From the NCBI GenBank assembly GCA_020891255.1, contig BQFW01000012.1, positions 434,001 to 498,000 of the forward strand: DNA of 64,000 bases, in the 5' to 3' direction. This document shows positions 60,211 to 64,000 of this stretch, piece after piece. The DNA is from Entomortierella parvispora E1425 (taxonomy: Eukaryota; Fungi; Mortierellomycota). How positions within the stretch are numbered: the first letter of the stretch is position 1; every line of letters begins with the position of its first letter. The notes under the pieces are model-generated. The model was given only the letters and a program-made list of their open reading frames with translations. It was not told the origin of the DNA and did not search any database. The position numbers were made by a program, and so were the translations under genes.

Positions 60211-61022
60211 GGTCTTCATTTTTTTCTCCTCTTGGACCAATTCATTGTAGCCGAGAAAGGGTCGTAGCTTAGTGTAAGAAAACAATGTCACCAACAGCGG
60301 TGGCATCCTTGGGGGATTGGAAGGAAACGCGAGGAGAGGAAAGGTTTGAATTTAGGGCTCAGCCTGTGTTCGATCAAAAAAAATGGACCGAGGAAGATTT
60401 CAGGAAAAAAAAATGACCAGAACCGCGGTTCCAAAAATCTACGATGTTGCTGCACCGACTTCAAAAAAACGAGAACCGAGGTGCACCACGGAGTGGTCCC
60501 AATACCTAGTGGCGAAGAGATTGTTGAACAGCAGCATATGGCGCACGCGTCGCACTTTGCTATTTTTGCTCAAGTTCTCGTAAACGATTGCAGTGGGGTG
60601 ATCTTTTATCAAAAAGAAGGTGACTGAGCACGCAACGAATGTCCCTGATGACAATTCCACACAGTTCGAAGACCATTGCCTAGCGTCTGCCTTGACATGG
60701 AGGGTAACCAGATCTATGGGAGATCTGTGCGAGACAAACACCTATTTTGGGGTATTTGGTCATGTGATCAAGGCATTGGCCGGGTGTGGTTGGCTCGAAG
60801 CAAGCTGAGCACTGCAAGTCGAGAGCAATGCGATCTTGAAAGTCGACCACCACGGTGCTCACAAACGGGCGTGCGAACCATTATTGCCAAGAAATCAAAC
60901 TAGAGTTCGAGAGCAGGAATAGAAGGCATTTAACCGTCGTCTTTTCTCAATTTCCCCAATTTCATTTTCTGAACACACGCACACCCTTCACCACACTAGC
61001 TGCTTTCTCTCTCACAGACGGC

Positions 61023-61921
61023 ATGTCTTCCGAACCTGTTTCCAAAGAAAAGTTGTACCATCAGCTGTATATAGAGATCCTCTATCGTCCTTTTAAAGAA
61101 AAGCATGGAGACAAATGGGAAGAACAACCATTTTGGGAAGCTGTCAAAGTCTTCAAGATCAAGGCCAGGGAGATTGGATATGACGATCCATTGGAGCGTT
61201 TGCCTCATTACGGTAGAAACTCGTTCGAGCAGGTTCGCGATAAGCTAAAGGCTGGACCCCCACCATACAATCTCGATGGCTGGAAGAGTCCATTCATCGG
61301 ACAAAAACTTGATGTCTTGCCTGTCCTTGGAGTACTCGATCACGCAGTGGGCACAAAATATGAAGGCAAGGAGCGCATCGTCATCCTTGATTTCTGGGCC
61401 ACATGGTAAGGAGCTACTCGGTGTATTTTTTTATATCAACTTTGAGAAGAGAATGCCGGCTGAAGACAGTATGTGTTTTTTTTTACACCTAGGTGCAAGC
61501 CCTGTGTGCAGCTTGCTACAGAGCTTTCAGAGATATCAGAGAAACAGGCAGGCCGTGTTGCAGTCATTGGCGTGAACAATGAGGATATTTTCGGCATGGG
61601 CGCAAAGCGTAGCGTGGATGAGGTCAAGGAATTCCTGCAGAGCTCAGCGGACTTCCGCTACTCATTGTATATTGATGTGGACCACTATGCCAGAGATAGT
61701 AAGTGAGCCTGTTTCTCCCTCTGCCTTTCTTTTTCCTTTTGTGTCTAACCTGTCATTATTCTGTGGTATCAAAACTAGACGTGTATCGCAAAACAGAGTT
61801 CCCGCCAATTCCGTGTGTTGTTTTAGTCGTGGACGGTGAGGTCATGTATGCTGGAAGCAGTAGCCAACTTGAGAAGTTTTTAGGTGAAGCAGTGAAAGCC
61901 CTGTATCCTAGTGAGGAATAA
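61023..61921 (+). CDS. TlpA/redoxin-like thioredoxin-fold protein (copy 2)
   Basis: IVILDFWATW|CKPC, AVIGVN and PIPCVVLVVDG; same two intron positions as copy 1. Confidence 0.87.
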
Positions 61922-62691
61922 ACCACAACCGCAACCACAACCACAACCGAAACAACTTGGTGGCAAGGCGCTTCCTCAAGACCACAATACGCCGAGGGAT
62001 ACAGAGGGGCCCGTCGTATCTTCAGAAGAAAGAAGGGGTGGGCCCAGGCTCATATGTGCGTCGTGCGAATAGGCGCCAGTCCCTGATCGATCAACAAGAG
62101 CAGCCAGCGTAGTCTATGTCTGCCTATTGCTGAGACCACTCTGAGGACTGGATTTAAGGCATGTTGAGGTATTGCCGTAGGCTAACAATGCATCTAAAAG
62201 ACAGGCTCTCAACATATTTCAATGGCTCACAAACGCGCACTAAGGAGTGCCCAACGACGCGAAGGAGCATGTGCGAAAGGATTTTCCACCTGTCTAAAAA
62301 TGTCTAAAAAAAGAGTTGCGAAGGATCTGCCAAATTCCTCACCTCAGCCCTTTTCGCTCCTTTACTGTCGCGTTTTTTATACACCCTGCCCATAATTCAT
62401 CCCTCTTGTTCTTGCTCTGCCCCCTGCCTTGAAAGACCTTTGCGATTCCCGGCGTCTTCTTCGTTTTCCCTCCACAGCAAAGAGTTATTTTTATTATTTC
62501 ACTGCCTCGCACTCTTTCGCAAGAGAATCGCAACTGAAGATCAGGCTTCCGCCGGGCTTGGAGAGTTTTGTGGACTTTTGGGAACTCTGCGAGTTGCCCC
62601 GCCACTCTGTTTACCCTTGGGCGTTAGAATCTAATCGGAGGATAAGCCCAACGTGAGCTTTCAGCTTGACTGCTTGAACTCCTCCTTGCAG

Positions 62692-62698
62692 TATAAAA
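62692..62698 (+). promoter_or_regulatory. TATA box candidate of the ferritin-like gene
   Basis: TATAAAA 140 bp upstream of ATG 62832, followed by a pyrimidine-rich leader. Confidence 0.5.
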
Positions 62699-62831
62699 GG
62701 GCCTCCTGTTTTTCCTAATTGCCTCATTCTTTCTTCTTTTCGTATTCCACCCCGCCGAACAAAAAGACCATACATTCCACAACCAACTACCCTTTCATCA
62801 CTTCGCCCACCTTTCTGGTACACTTGACACC

Positions 62832-63689
62832 ATGCGTTTCTCCATCCTTGCCATTGCCTCTGCCATTGCTGTCTTTGCTGTTTCAGCCAGCCCAGTCAGC
62901 ATCTCCAAGCGCAGCGCGTCCACCGATATCCTCAACTTTGCCCTGACTTTGGAGCATCTCGAGTCCACCTTCTACAAGGAGGGACTTGCAAAGTTCTCTC
63001 AGAAGGACTTTGAGAAAGCTGGTTATCATGGCAAGGTCCGCGAGTACTTTGAACATATTGGAGAGCACGAAAACACTCACGTCGATCTTCTGACCTCCAT
63101 CATCAAGTCGCTCCATGAAACCCCCGTCCCTGTGTGCAAGTACAACTTTCCATTGACAGACGTGGACGCATTCATTGCCATCTCTCGCGCTCTCGAAAAC
63201 ACGGGTGTCTCGGCCTACTTGGGTGCTTCCTCGAGTCTTGCAGGTGGATTGTTGACGACCGCGGGTACCATCACCACAGTGGAGGCTCGTCAGTCTTCTT
63301 ACTTGAATACCTTGGTGGGAGGTGAGGGCACGCCTTACAATTTCGACACTCCCTTGACTGCCCAAGAGGTTTTCACAATGGCCTCTGGCTTCATTGTTTC
63401 CTGCCCCTACAACGTCGGTGTCAAGCCATACACTCAACTTACGGCGTCAGTTAACAAAAACTCGAGCAAGGTTGCCACCTCATTCAAGGGCAAGGGTGCC
63501 AAAAACGAGTGGTGCCAGTTCTTGTTTTCTAACCAGGTGGTGGTGTCCCCCCGCTCAAAGTGCACCGTTCCCAAGGAGGTCAATGGGTACTTTTATGTCG
63601 TGATCACCGACACAAAGACCCCCCTCACCGCCAAGGATGGTGCTCATATCGTCGCAGGCCCCGCTCTCCTGTTCGAGGGCGACCATTAA
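62832..63689 (+). CDS. Secreted ferritin-like (Ferritin_2 / S. pombe Rds1-like) protein
   Basis: Signal peptide, KR processing site, DILNFALTLEHLESTFY, EHENTH, ALENTGVSAYLGA and TVEARQ; intronless. Confidence 0.88.
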   Translation: MRFSILAIASAIAVFAVSASPVSISKRSASTDILNFALTLEHLESTFYKEGLAKFSQKDFEKAGYHGKVREYFEHIGEHENTHVDLLTSIIKSLHETPVPVCKYNFPLTDVDAFIAISRALENTGVSAYLGASSSLAGGLLTTAGTITTVEARQSSYLNTLVGGEGTPYNFDTPLTAQEVFTMASGFIVSCPYNVGVKPYTQLTASVNKNSSKVATSFKGKGAKNEWCQFLFSNQVVVSPRSKCTVPKEVNGYFYVVITDTKTPLTAKDGAHIVAGPALLFEGDH

Positions 63690-64000
63690 TGACCCTTCAC
63701 TCCCAACACTCCCTAATGCTCTACAATAAATATTACTTGACGAACACAAAAATAAATGCAAAACTTGAGAACCACATTTTGGGGCGCTTGAAAACGTCGT
63801 AGATCCTCTCCCCCGTTTTAAAGAAGGAGAGAGCACGATTTAGCCGGGTAGAGCAGACGGTGGAGATGCCAGTGTATCAACGAGCTCTCAAGGAGTTGAG
63901 AATGCAGTACATGTAGAGAGAGGAGGGCATGGGGATACGGGGGCACATGGACTGCAACTGCCTTTTACGAAATAGGGTGTGAAGAGACGAGTCGAAACCC

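Noticed and set aside
59340-60900. Short ORFs between CRN2 and thioredoxin copy 2
   Set aside because: No recognisable motifs or consistent frame.

Overview
Intron-rich fungal genomic DNA, most likely Mortierellaceae (inferred from the F-box/LRR, Sel1, Arm-NACHT-pentapeptide-WD40 and kelch gene types and the short GT-AG introns with poly-T tracts). Conserved genes: RAD54 (partial), an Arb2/FAM172 protein, an ankyrin/anillin-like/PH scaffold, ERG27, ARP5, RPAIN, a PAP2 lipid phosphatase, a TANGO2/NRDE protein, FUN14 and RVS161. Accessory blocks sit between them: (i) a 27-repeat Sel1 protein with a recently amplified 108-bp repeat core, directly upstream of a ~1,900-aa NLR-like NACHT-WD40 gene; (ii) a TlpA-like thioredoxin, a three-exon modular metallothionein missed by the ORF track, duplicated GPI/kelch-like genes (one pseudogenised), an F-box/LRR gene and an SDR; (iii) two tandem Crinkler (CRN) toxin-like paralogs, one with an apparently active PD-(D/E)xK nuclease alone and one with a dead nuclease fused to an intact kinase, separated by a decayed LINE RNase H fragment, followed by a second TlpA-like gene and a secreted ferritin-like gene. 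No rRNA, tRNA or CRISPR array was recognised. Exon boundaries were read by eye and family assignments come from motif recognition, not database searches.
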